Below, piece after piece: positions 9,718 to 18,500 of a stretch of DNA of 64,000 nucleotides. The notes below the pieces were generated by a model that saw nothing but the letters and a program-made list of their open reading frames with translations, was not told the origin of the DNA and searched no databases. Both the position numbers and the translations under genes were made by a program. The first letter of the stretch is position 1. Each line of letters starts with the position of its first letter. Origin of the DNA: Anaerolineae bacterium (lineage in GTDB: Bacteria; Chloroflexota; Anaerolineae; Aggregatilineales; J027); contig JAJTXY010000010.1 in NCBI GenBank assembly GCA_021463865.1, positions 85,857 to 149,856 on the forward strand, in the 5' to 3' direction.

Positions 9718-10602
9718 ATGACACATCAACATCCACCATTCATGCCTGCTAAACCTGCTGCCATCTCCCGGCGGGATTTTTTGGCCTTATCCGGCTTGGG
9801 GGTTGCCGGAGCGTTGGCTTGTGCCGGAATAACTGCCATTGGGTTTTCAGTGGTCAATGAGGAAACGCCCAATCCCACCGCAATCCTACCCACTCGCACA
9901 CCTGACCCCGCACGTTTGGCGCGATTCAAGCAGGTTGATCGCCCTCCGATTATCCCTCGTGAAGAATGGGGAGCACGGGCTGTTAATCATGAGGCCGAAG
10001 AAGAATTTGGATTTTATTCGTTAGATAATCCCGAAGGTTGGCGCGAATATGACGTTGATTTGCGAGAAGCCTATCAAACCGTTGTGATTCATCACTCATC
10101 GCTGTATGAGATGGATGACGACACTACGATACACGAGATTCAAAACTTGCATCTGGATGAGCGCGGATGGGCCGATATTGCCTATCATTTTGGGGTGGGA
10201 TTGACAGGTAAGGTTTACGAAGGGCGCAAGATGTCGGCACGGGGCACCCACACCGAATTGCATAATACGGGTAGTTTGGGAATCTGTCTATTTGGGAATT
10301 TTGAAGAAATATCACCGACCCAAACGCAACTAGACAATACACAGGCATTGGTCAATTGGTTGGCAATTCGGTTAAGTCTCACCCACTTGGCGGCCCATCG
10401 GGAGTTTAATGATACAACGGTATGCCCCGGCGCAAATCTCTATCCGGTGTTAGACAAAATGGCAGAACGAGCATTCTTGCAGCGGGGGACAGGAGGGTAT
10501 GTGTCGCCACCGGAGCAAGTGATGACTCCCAGCCCCGATGCGACTAACCTGTCCTATGAAATTGGCAAATGTGATTGCTGTTGCAGCCGAAACACCTTCT
10601 AA
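9718..10602 (+). CDS. Tat-exported PGRP-like N-acetylmuramoyl-L-alanine amidase (Amidase_2)
   Basis: SRRDFL Tat motif; IIPREEWGA, VVIHHS, GWADIAYHF, VYEGR, HREF..TVCPG with Zn ligands H/H/C present. Confidence 0.85.
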   Translation: MTHQHPPFMPAKPAAISRRDFLALSGLGVAGALACAGITAIGFSVVNEETPNPTAILPTRTPDPARLARFKQVDRPPIIPREEWGARAVNHEAEEEFGFYSLDNPEGWREYDVDLREAYQTVVIHHSSLYEMDDDTTIHEIQNLHLDERGWADIAYHFGVGLTGKVYEGRKMSARGTHTELHNTGSLGICLFGNFEEISPTQTQLDNTQALVNWLAIRLSLTHLAAHREFNDTTVCPGANLYPVLDKMAERAFLQRGTGGYVSPPEQVMTPSPDATNLSYEIGKCDCCCSRNTF

Positions 10603-10688
10603 AATATTGGCGGATGACACTATCGCATTTAGCCTGACGGTATAATATGATTATTTCCAAAGTGGTGTGTGGCAAGGATTATCATTAG

Positions 10689-11261
10689 ATGAGTGATGTA
10701 ACCAATCAAGGCATAAATTTGGATCAGACACTACAGGCGGTCAATGATAGTATGTTGGAGGGCTTGGGCCAATTGGCCGATTATTTTGGCTATAACAAGG
10801 TCATGGGCCAACTCTATGGTGCACTGCTGTTAAGTCCGGGTCCGCTGAGTCTGGACGATTTGGTGGAGCATCTGGGTAAAAGCAAAGCCAGCATCAGCAT
10901 GAATATCCGCACGTTGGAAAACATGGGGATTGTGCGCGAGGTATGGGTGCGCGAGACCCGTAAGAAATATTATGAGGCCGAAAGTGATTTATGGCAGGTT
11001 ATCCAAAATGTCATCGGCAGCCGCGAAATTCGTGATATTGACCGTGCCTTGAGTGTGTTAGAGACTAGCATCAACCAACTGCGCGAAAAAATGCCGACGA
11101 TGGATGCCGATTTGAAAAAAACCGCCACGCATTATGTTACGCAGATAGATCAACTGTCGGATTTTTTTAAGTTAGCCCGCTACCTGTTGACGAGTATTTT
11201 GCAGCAGGGGCGTGATTTTGATATGAACGGGATCATGGATGGTCCCGATAGCGAGAAATAG
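10689..11261 (+). CDS. GbsR/MarR-family transcriptional regulator
   Basis: GYNKVMGQLYGALLLS..LSLDDLVEHLGKSKASISMNIRTL..RKKYYEAE. Confidence 0.85.
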   Translation: MSDVTNQGINLDQTLQAVNDSMLEGLGQLADYFGYNKVMGQLYGALLLSPGPLSLDDLVEHLGKSKASISMNIRTLENMGIVREVWVRETRKKYYEAESDLWQVIQNVIGSREIRDIDRALSVLETSINQLREKMPTMDADLKKTATHYVTQIDQLSDFFKLARYLLTSILQQGRDFDMNGIMDGPDSEK

Positions 11262-11271
11262 CGAGATAAGC

Positions 11272-12618
11272 ATGACACAGCAGTTTTTGGATGAAGCCCG
11301 CGTATTTGTCAAAAGCGGCGACGGTGGGGATGGACGGATTAGTTTTCGGCGGGAGAAATTTGCCCCGCGTGGTGGCCCGGATGGAGGAGATGGGGGACAT
11401 GGCGGAAATGTCATTTTGGTTGCCAATCCCAAAATTAATACGCTCCAGTCGCTCGCCAATAAGGTTCACTTTCGGGCAGAATCGGGTGTGGCAGGTGGGA
11501 TCGCACTGCGAACGGGAGCAACCGCCGCCGATTTAGAAATTGAAGTGCCTGTCGGGACAATTGTCCGGGATGATGACGGCAACTTCATCGCTGACTTAAC
11601 CAGACCTGCCCAGCGCGTGATTGTTGCCAAAGGTGGACGCGGGGGTAAGGGCAACACCAAATTTAAGAGCAGCACCAATCAAGCCCCGCGTGTGGCCGAA
11701 AAAGGCGAACCGGGGGAGGAAAAGTGGCTCAATCTTGAATTGAAACTGATGGCGGACGTGGGCATTGTTGGCGTACCCAACGCGGGCAAGAGCACTCTAC
11801 TGTCGGTTATCTCTAATGCCAAACCAAAGGTTGCCGATTATCCCTTCACCACCCTGATTCCTAATCTGGGCATGGTTCGCCTCGATTATCGGGATATGGT
11901 GGTCGCCGACATCCCCGGTCTGGTTGAAGGGGCGAGTCAGGGAGTAGGCTTGGGGCACGATTTCTTAAAGCACATTCAGCGTACCCGTGTCCTCATTCAT
12001 ATGCTGGATGGGGCAGGTGCAAACCCATTGGCAGACTATCACCAGATTAACACTGAATTGGCGCTGTTCGATGAGAAGTTGTTGAAGAGGCCAACGGTGG
12101 TGGTCATCAACAAAATGGACTTGCCGGAAGCCCAAGCCGCTTGGCCCAAATTGCAGACCGAACTTCGCAAACTGGGTCGTGAACCGATGGCACTATCCGC
12201 TGCAACACAACAAGGGACTCGTGAATTGATTTATAAGGCCTTCGAGATGTTGGACAGCCTGCCTGATGAAACTGAGACTCCTATACAAGAAGCCGAAGAA
12301 GTGCGGGTGTATCGTCTGGTAGAGGATGAATTGGCCTTTAAGATTTCGCGCCGCATGGATGGCAGTTTCCAAGTATCTGGTAAACGCATCGAACGGGCGG
12401 CTCAAATGACCTATTGGGATTATGACGAAGCGTTGATGCGCTTCCAAAAAATCCTAGAGGCGATGGGTGTCTCCGAAGCACTAGAGAAAGCAGGCGTGAA
12501 GCCGGGTGATACGGTGTACATTGGCGAAATGGAACTCGAATGGGGTGATGAGTCCTATGGTGATGAAGAACCAGAAGACGAGGTTGATGATTTGGATGAG
12601 AACGACAGCGAAGATTAG
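11272..12618 (+). CDS. obgE: GTPase ObgE/CgtA
   Basis: FLDEA..SGDGGDG..FRREK, GVPNAGKST, YPFTTL, DIPG, NKMD and C-terminal OCT domain. Confidence 0.97.
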   Translation: MTQQFLDEARVFVKSGDGGDGRISFRREKFAPRGGPDGGDGGHGGNVILVANPKINTLQSLANKVHFRAESGVAGGIALRTGATAADLEIEVPVGTIVRDDDGNFIADLTRPAQRVIVAKGGRGGKGNTKFKSSTNQAPRVAEKGEPGEEKWLNLELKLMADVGIVGVPNAGKSTLLSVISNAKPKVADYPFTTLIPNLGMVRLDYRDMVVADIPGLVEGASQGVGLGHDFLKHIQRTRVLIHMLDGAGANPLADYHQINTELALFDEKLLKRPTVVVINKMDLPEAQAAWPKLQTELRKLGREPMALSAATQQGTRELIYKAFEMLDSLPDETETPIQEAEEVRVYRLVEDELAFKISRRMDGSFQVSGKRIERAAQMTYWDYDEALMRFQKILEAMGVSEALEKAGVKPGDTVYIGEMELEWGDESYGDEEPEDEVDDLDENDSED

Positions 12619-12908
12619 TTCTTCAATTCAAAGCCCCGCCTGAATTCAAGCTGCATAATGCGCGTCACGGCAAGCATCGTAAGGAAAACCAAGAAGGTTG
12701 GCAGGAAGTAGGCCCACTGCGCTTGACTGACAACTGTTATGAGCATTAGGCTACCTATCCCTGCTGATTTGAATAAGAGTGCCCCTCCGACGGCGCGGGT
12801 CGTGCGTTGGCGTGGGGGCGTTTGCGTATCAAGCAAAATGACCAAGATGCCATAACATGGTGGAGTGATGACCAACAGGATTAGGGCAAGTGCGATGAGG
12901 GTGGGCAT
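12615..12908 (-). CDS. Small three-TM membrane protein
   Basis: 97 aa, three hydrophobic segments, GGAG RBS. Confidence 0.6.
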   Translation of the reverse strand: MPTLIALALILLVITPPCYGILVILLDTQTPPRQRTTRAVGGALLFKSAGIGSLMLITVVSQAQWAYFLPTFLVFLTMLAVTRIMQLEFRRGFELKN

Positions 12909-12957
12909 GGATGTTTCTCCCCAAAGAACGATGGCTGTCCACCCTCATTATAATCCG

Positions 12958-14946
12958 TTACTCTGGTCGGAAGGCTAACAATCGTAAGCCATTCAGCACC
13001 ACAATGACGGTACTGCCTTCGTGACCCACCACGCCTAACGGTAAAGGCAGTTGGACAAAGGGCAGTAGAGCGCTAATCACCAGCACGACAATTACCGACA
13101 TACTGAATATGAGATTCTGAATTACGATTCGTCTGGCCCGCTTACTAAGGGCAATCGCATATGGGATTTTCGAGAGGTCGCTGGACATAAGCACGACATC
13201 GGCAGTTTCCAACGCGACATCCGTGCCCGCCGCCCCCATCGCAATACCGAGCGAGGCGGTTGCTAGGGCGGGAGCATCGTTCACACCATCACCGACCATT
13301 GCCACCGGGCCATATTCGGCGGCGAGTTCATTGAGAACCGTTACCTTGTCCTCTGGCATCAAATTGGCGTAGGGGGCATCAATTCCGGTACTTCCCGCGA
13401 TGGCCGCCGCAACTTGAGGATTATCCCCGGTCAACATGGCGATTTTCTGAATGCCGACATGGTGTAGGGCTTCTAGGGCACGTTTGGCTTCGGGGCGAGG
13501 GGTGTCGGCAATGGCGACAATGCCTAACCAATGCTCCGGTTGTTGATACACAAGGAGAGCGGTCTTGCCGTTTTGATAAAATCCCTCTTGCTGCTGGCGG
13601 ATGGAATCGGGAATAACAATGTCGCCTTCATCAAAGAGACGCTCTGAGCCGATGAGCAGGTCTTTGCCGTCAATGGTGGCGCGGATACCCCGACCCGGCA
13701 CGGCTTCGAAAATCTCCGGTTCGACCAGTGACAGTTGGCGCTCATTGGCGGCCTTGACCACCGCATTGGCAAGTGGGTGCTCCGAGCGGGCTTCAGCCGA
13801 GGCGGTCAATTTTAGGAGTTCGTTTTCGGACAGGCCGTCAAGCACCACAATATCGGTCACTATGGGTTTGCCAGTGGTAATCGTGCCGGTTTTGTCAAAC
13901 GCGACGACTTTAATTAGGGCCATGCTTTCCAGATGTGCCCCACCTTTAAACAAGACTCCATGTCGTGCTCCATTCGCAATGGCCGAGAGGATGCTGGCAG
14001 GGGTGCTGATGACCAACGCACAGGGCGAGGCGACCACCATCACAACCATTGCTCGATAGAAATTGTCATTAAAATCCACACTCGTGAGCAGGGGTGGCAG
14101 GAAAATCAGTAGGATGGTCATGCCGATGACAACCATCGCGTAATATTGTTCAAATTTGTCGAGAGCCGTCTGGGTATTGGCTTTATTGGCCTGCGCGTTT
14201 TCGACCATCTGAATAATGCGTGAAAGGGTACTTTCGGATGAGAGGCGGGTAACTTCAACATCTAATGCTCCATTTTCGTTGATGGTTCCGGCAAAAACTT
14301 CATCCCCAACTTGTTTGAGAACGGGTACAGATTCCCCGGTGATGCTGGCCTGATTCACACTGGCTGAACCACGAATTACGCGACCATCTACCGGAATACG
14401 CGCCCCCGGCTGTAAAATGACCACATCGCCGTGCCGCAGTTCCTCAACGGGCACTTCAACTAAACGGTCATCACGTCGAATAGTCGCGGTATCAGGTCGG
14501 AGATCAAGCAGGCTCTGGATAGCTTTGCGGCTACGACCCATCGCGTAGTCTTGCAGGACATTCGAAAGACTAAACAGAAACAGCAGAATCGCGCCCTCAT
14601 GCCATTGATCTACTAATGCCGCGCCAGCCGCTGCCAGTACCATCAAGAGGTCAACGTTGATTTCTTTATGCAACAGACTCTGGAATCCAGCCTGCACACC
14701 AAAATAGCCACCTGCCAAATAACTAATGACATTGGCGGAAAGGACTGTCCATGCAGGCAGGTCAAGTTGTTCAAACGCCATGCTGGTTACGATGGCAAGA
14801 GCCGTGATGACCACAAGGACTGGTTCAATATTGGCGATAAGCCGCGTGAAATGACTTTGCGGGGGGGTATGTGTTTTGGGAATGGCCTTTTCAATCGGCT
14901 CGACCCTTTCAGCAGGGGCACTGGTTTGGAGGGTAGATTGAGCCAT
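12958..14946 (-). CDS. Heavy-metal P1B-type ATPase, P1B-4 subclass (Co/Zn/Fe)
   Basis: TGES, SPC in TM4, DKTGT, SEHPL, GDGVNDAP, HEGST; no N-terminal metal-binding domain. Confidence 0.93.
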   Translation of the reverse strand: MAQSTLQTSAPAERVEPIEKAIPKTHTPPQSHFTRLIANIEPVLVVITALAIVTSMAFEQLDLPAWTVLSANVISYLAGGYFGVQAGFQSLLHKEINVDLLMVLAAAGAALVDQWHEGAILLFLFSLSNVLQDYAMGRSRKAIQSLLDLRPDTATIRRDDRLVEVPVEELRHGDVVILQPGARIPVDGRVIRGSASVNQASITGESVPVLKQVGDEVFAGTINENGALDVEVTRLSSESTLSRIIQMVENAQANKANTQTALDKFEQYYAMVVIGMTILLIFLPPLLTSVDFNDNFYRAMVVMVVASPCALVISTPASILSAIANGARHGVLFKGGAHLESMALIKVVAFDKTGTITTGKPIVTDIVVLDGLSENELLKLTASAEARSEHPLANAVVKAANERQLSLVEPEIFEAVPGRGIRATIDGKDLLIGSERLFDEGDIVIPDSIRQQQEGFYQNGKTALLVYQQPEHWLGIVAIADTPRPEAKRALEALHHVGIQKIAMLTGDNPQVAAAIAGSTGIDAPYANLMPEDKVTVLNELAAEYGPVAMVGDGVNDAPALATASLGIAMGAAGTDVALETADVVLMSSDLSKIPYAIALSKRARRIVIQNLIFSMSVIVVLVISALLPFVQLPLPLGVVGHEGSTVIVVLNGLRLLAFRPE

Positions 14947-14983
14947 TGGGATTCCTTTCCATGCGGTAGCGTCCATATTATCG

Positions 14984-15010
14984 GTGAAATTTAACTGTGG
15001 TTAAATTCAC
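14984..15010. promoter_or_regulatory. Palindromic operator (DtxR/MntR-like) upstream of the P1B-4 ATPase
   Basis: AATTTAAC-TGTG-GTTAAATT with perfect 8-bp arms, extendable to GTGAA..TTCAC. Confidence 0.5.
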
Positions 15011-15094
15011 ATTTTACTTGTGTAATCTATTATAATGTATGCCTATAAAAATTCCATCAGTTTATGTTGAGAAGCGCCTAAAAGTCTGAAGACA

Positions 15095-15556
15095 ATGGCG
15101 AAGTTCTATATCAATCTAGGTGTCTATACAGAAATCTGCGGCCATGCGGCTAGTCAATCAGGCGCTGAAGTATGCGGACTCATTGGGGGGCGCTGGAAGC
15201 CATTTGACAGGGCTGCTTTTGGTGAACAGGTGGTTTCCATTCCCAATATCGCTGCCCAACCAGAGGTAACTTTCTTGATGGAGCCACGCGCCCAAATTCA
15301 GGCGATGACCCGTTTTGCCAAAGCGGGCCTCGATACCATTGGCATCTTCCACAGCCACCCACAGGGAATGGATCGGCCTTCGGAGACGGATATTAGAGAA
15401 TGCGCCTATCCTGATGTCGTTTTTTTGATTGTATGCCCCGCCATCTACGCCGAGTGGACAGCCGAGCGACCCCCGACTATCAATGGGATGGTCGTGACCG
15501 CATGGCGCATCAAGAGTGGGGAAGCAACCGCAGTGACGATCGTGGTGAGTGAGTAG
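15095..15556 (+). CDS. JAB/MPN+ (M67) metallopeptidase
   Basis: EVCGLIGG, GIFHSHP..PSETD JAMM motif. Confidence 0.9.
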   Translation: MAKFYINLGVYTEICGHAASQSGAEVCGLIGGRWKPFDRAAFGEQVVSIPNIAAQPEVTFLMEPRAQIQAMTRFAKAGLDTIGIFHSHPQGMDRPSETDIRECAYPDVVFLIVCPAIYAEWTAERPPTINGMVVTAWRIKSGEATAVTIVVSE

Positions 15557-15574
15557 GGGGCAAATTTACCCCCT
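15555..15574. terminator. Short hairpin between convergent genes
   Basis: AGGGGGCAAATTTACCCCCT. Confidence 0.35.
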
Positions 15575-15578
15575 CTAG

Positions 15579-17159
15579 TTATTGTTCGCGGGTGAGCTGG
15601 TCGTAATGGAGGAAGAAATTCGGCTCGATGACAATGCCCCCGATGTCATTCCAAGTGAGTACCGTGAGGGTATCTTCCCACAGCGGAGCAATGATATTTT
15701 CCGGCTGAATCAAGGTTTGGGCCTGACGATACAGTTCCGCCTGCACAGTCGTGTCGGTTTCAAGGGCCGCTTGATCGAGCAGCGCATCTATATCGGCATT
15801 GCCAAATTCACCCCCACGCGCCAGTAGCCCATTGGAGTGGAGCAAGGCACGCAAGTAGTAATCGGGATGGGCGATTAGAGGGGAGAGGGCAAATACCGAC
15901 GTTGGTGTGTCCCCATGTTGGACGGCCTCTGCAAAAACGCCGCGCTGTTCAAGGTTTTGTCCTGTGGTGATGTTGATAGCGATTACGCGCACAGGAATAA
16001 AGTCTTTGGTCAGATCGTTTAGGGCATCTACATAATAATCACCATAGACGGATTGCGAGGTGATGAGGTTAATCTGGGCACGGCTGATATTGGCCTCACG
16101 ATAGCCTGCATCGCGCAATTTACGATCTATCTGTGCGGCATCGGGGGTCGTTTGCCACAGTGGATTATACGCATCCCTGAATAGCTCTGGCACAAGGCTG
16201 TAGGCAGGTGTCAGATACCCTTGAAAATACTCTTGGGTTACGCGCTCACGATTGATGCCCAGCAAGAAACTTTCACGCACAATGGGGTCGTCCGTATAGT
16301 CGAAGCGGCGCACCATGTAGACATACCACATCCGGGCACTCGGAACGTGTTCCAGACGTAAAGAGCTGTTGTTTTGTGCCATATCAATCGCATCGGGCAA
16401 CAACATATCGCGCCAGACCAGATCAATCACACGGCTTTCTAGGGCTTGGCTCAATTCAAAACTGGAGATGTAGCGACGCAGCACAATAGTGTCGGTTTTG
16501 GCAACAGACCCATATTGAAAATCGGGATTGGCTTTAAGGGTGATGCTGTCACCGGGGTTCCAAGAATCCAGCAAGTAAACGCCGTTGCCAGTCAAGGTTG
16601 TCGGAAACTGGTTGAGGTCGTTAGCGGTGAAATCACTTTCTTTGACCGCGAAGAAGGGGGGTAATGAAACAAGCCCAAGAAAATAGGGAACTGGGCGGGT
16701 TAACTGAAAGACCAAAGCATCATTTTCATCCACTGATACAGAAGTCACGATGCCATCTAGTAAGTCGAAGGCTTCTTCATCGAGGGTGATCACGCGGTTA
16801 ATGCTGTAGGCAAAGGTATCAGCGGTTATCGGGGTGCCATCGGTGAAGGTCGCGTCATCACGGATGGTAAATGTATGGGTCAGACCGTCTTCGCTGACGG
16901 TATGGGTCGCCGCAACCGCCAATTCATAATCGGTGCTGCCGGGGACTTGTCGGGTTAATCCTGTGTAGATATGGCTCAACACTTCCCATGAAACATATGT
17001 AGTGGCTTCGGCGGGGTCAAGCGTTAGGGGTAAATCGGTGGTGCCGATGGTGATGGTGCTGTTCTGCGCGTGGGATATAGCCATTGGGTGTCGAGGGAGA
17101 GCCATCACGCAAACGGCGATGCAAAGTGCCACCGCGAGTAATTTTCGGTTTAACAACAT
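15579..17159 (-). CDS. ABC peptide/nickel substrate-binding protein (family 5)
   Basis: Signal peptide; TLDPA, IYTGL, SEDGLTHTFTIR..FTDGTPITA, GNGVY. Confidence 0.88.
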   Translation of the reverse strand: MLLNRKLLAVALCIAVCVMALPRHPMAISHAQNSTITIGTTDLPLTLDPAEATTYVSWEVLSHIYTGLTRQVPGSTDYELAVAATHTVSEDGLTHTFTIRDDATFTDGTPITADTFAYSINRVITLDEEAFDLLDGIVTSVSVDENDALVFQLTRPVPYFLGLVSLPPFFAVKESDFTANDLNQFPTTLTGNGVYLLDSWNPGDSITLKANPDFQYGSVAKTDTIVLRRYISSFELSQALESRVIDLVWRDMLLPDAIDMAQNNSSLRLEHVPSARMWYVYMVRRFDYTDDPIVRESFLLGINRERVTQEYFQGYLTPAYSLVPELFRDAYNPLWQTTPDAAQIDRKLRDAGYREANISRAQINLITSQSVYGDYYVDALNDLTKDFIPVRVIAINITTGQNLEQRGVFAEAVQHGDTPTSVFALSPLIAHPDYYLRALLHSNGLLARGGEFGNADIDALLDQAALETDTTVQAELYRQAQTLIQPENIIAPLWEDTLTVLTWNDIGGIVIEPNFFLHYDQLTREQ

Positions 17160-17249
17160 AGGGACTCCTGCAAGTAGATTTTTATGTACGGGCTAAGTAT
17201 ATATACAAGCAAGCGTCCCGTTTAGATCAAAAAATGAAAACTGCATTTC

Positions 17250-17858
17250 CTAGCGGCGCGAGGTATCTCGATAGATATATTCCCAGATGGCCCGCAGAAA
17301 AGTATTAGCATCGGGTTCACTACCATTATAGGCGGTGACACTGCCCTGTTGGTCGTAGCGATAATCTTCACAGGCTTGGGGGATACCGCCCATCACATGC
17401 ACGTCTGCAATCCGGCGATGAGTAGTAGCATTAAAGACGGCGACGAGTTTATAGGGCTGGAAGCGCTGAACAGCAAAGATAAGACTGCCGTCCTCCCGGT
17501 AATAAGGGCATTCTTCGACGACCTGTTTTTCAATCTCGCCAACACAAAAGATCAACGATAACTCGTCACGGGTTTCGGCTTTCGTTTCGTCAGGTAGAAC
17601 TTCATGCCATTCGTGTAAATCGTTTTCTCCTAAGCCAATCACGACACTCTTGAAGGGGCCTTGCGTGGTGGGGAAATTGCTAAGATTGGCATTTCCACCG
17701 CCTAATGTCTCGCACTGGGCAAATGTTTCTTCGCCAAGCGCGGCTTTGAGTTTTTCTTCCTTTTGCTTTTGAAGAATAAAAAAAATGGCAATACCAAACA
17801 CGGCAATAATGATGAGGGCAATGATGAGTGTGAGGCAGTTCTTTTGTCCGTCCGACAT
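17250..17858 (-). CDS. Hypothetical membrane-anchored exported protein
   Basis: N-terminal TM helix, Cys-containing soluble domain, GGAGG RBS. Confidence 0.7.
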   Translation of the reverse strand: MSDGQKNCLTLIIALIIIAVFGIAIFFILQKQKEEKLKAALGEETFAQCETLGGGNANLSNFPTTQGPFKSVVIGLGENDLHEWHEVLPDETKAETRDELSLIFCVGEIEKQVVEECPYYREDGSLIFAVQRFQPYKLVAVFNATTHRRIADVHVMGGIPQACEDYRYDQQGSVTAYNGSEPDANTFLRAIWEYIYRDTSRR

Positions 17859-18003
17859 GGTTATTTCCCTCCAAAATAGACTTTTTTATAGATTAAATAT
17901 CATCGCCCCAAATTTGCCAAGTCCGCCAAGCATATCTGTCACTCCCAACGTGATCGCCCTTGTAAATGTGAAACGGCATCATTGTTGAACCTATCATTGA
18001 ATG

Positions 18004-18015
18004 GAACGATAGTTC
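18004..18015. promoter_or_regulatory. Possible LexA (GAAC-N4-GTTC) box
   Basis: GAACGATAGTTC, 25 nt upstream of the yciI-like start. Confidence 0.3.
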
Positions 18016-18040
18016 TATCAAAAATCATAGGAGCAAACGC

Positions 18041-18376
18041 ATGGCTGATTTCCCAATGGAAATGGATACATTTTTTATCTGCTTTTCACGCAAAGGCCCA
18101 ATCTGGACAGGAGAGCCAAGCCCCGAGCTTGAAGAACGCCAAAAGCGCCACGTCGAATATTTGGGTAAATTACGCGCCGATGGCAAAACGATTGTCAGCG
18201 GCCCCGTCGAAGACCCCACCGGCAATCTACGTGGCGTCACGATTTTCAAGACGCCAACAATCGAAGAAGCCAAAGCACTCATGGCCCAAGACCCGCATGT
18301 CAAGATTGGGCACTTGGTTGCCGAAATCATGCCTTGGTGGGTGGGCAAAGGTTATCTACAGGGTAAAGAAGATTAG
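18041..18376 (+). CDS. YciI family protein
   Basis: HVEYL..GKTIVSGP..GVTIF..EEAKALMAQDP. Confidence 0.8.
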   Translation: MADFPMEMDTFFICFSRKGPIWTGEPSPELEERQKRHVEYLGKLRADGKTIVSGPVEDPTGNLRGVTIFKTPTIEEAKALMAQDPHVKIGHLVAEIMPWWVGKGYLQGKED

Positions 18377-18383
18377 GGTGAAT

Positions 18384-18411
18384 AAAAAAACCCCGGCTCA
18401 TTTACCGGGGT
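18384..18411 (-). terminator. Intrinsic terminator for the tyrS-sppA transcript
   Basis: Minus strand ACCCCGG-loop-CCGGGGTTTTTTT. Confidence 0.75.
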
Positions 18412-18500
18412 CTATAGTGGGCTTAACATTGACTGGCCTGTAGTCAAGCCAGATTCAGCACGGGACTTAACCACGTGTTATCATCTTCCGCTTTAATGGT

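Noticed and set aside
15031-15047. TATAATGTATGCCTATA resembles the loxP or E. coli dif core
   Set aside because: No 13-bp loxP arms and no XerD arm at the right spacing; better explained as an AT-rich divergent promoter
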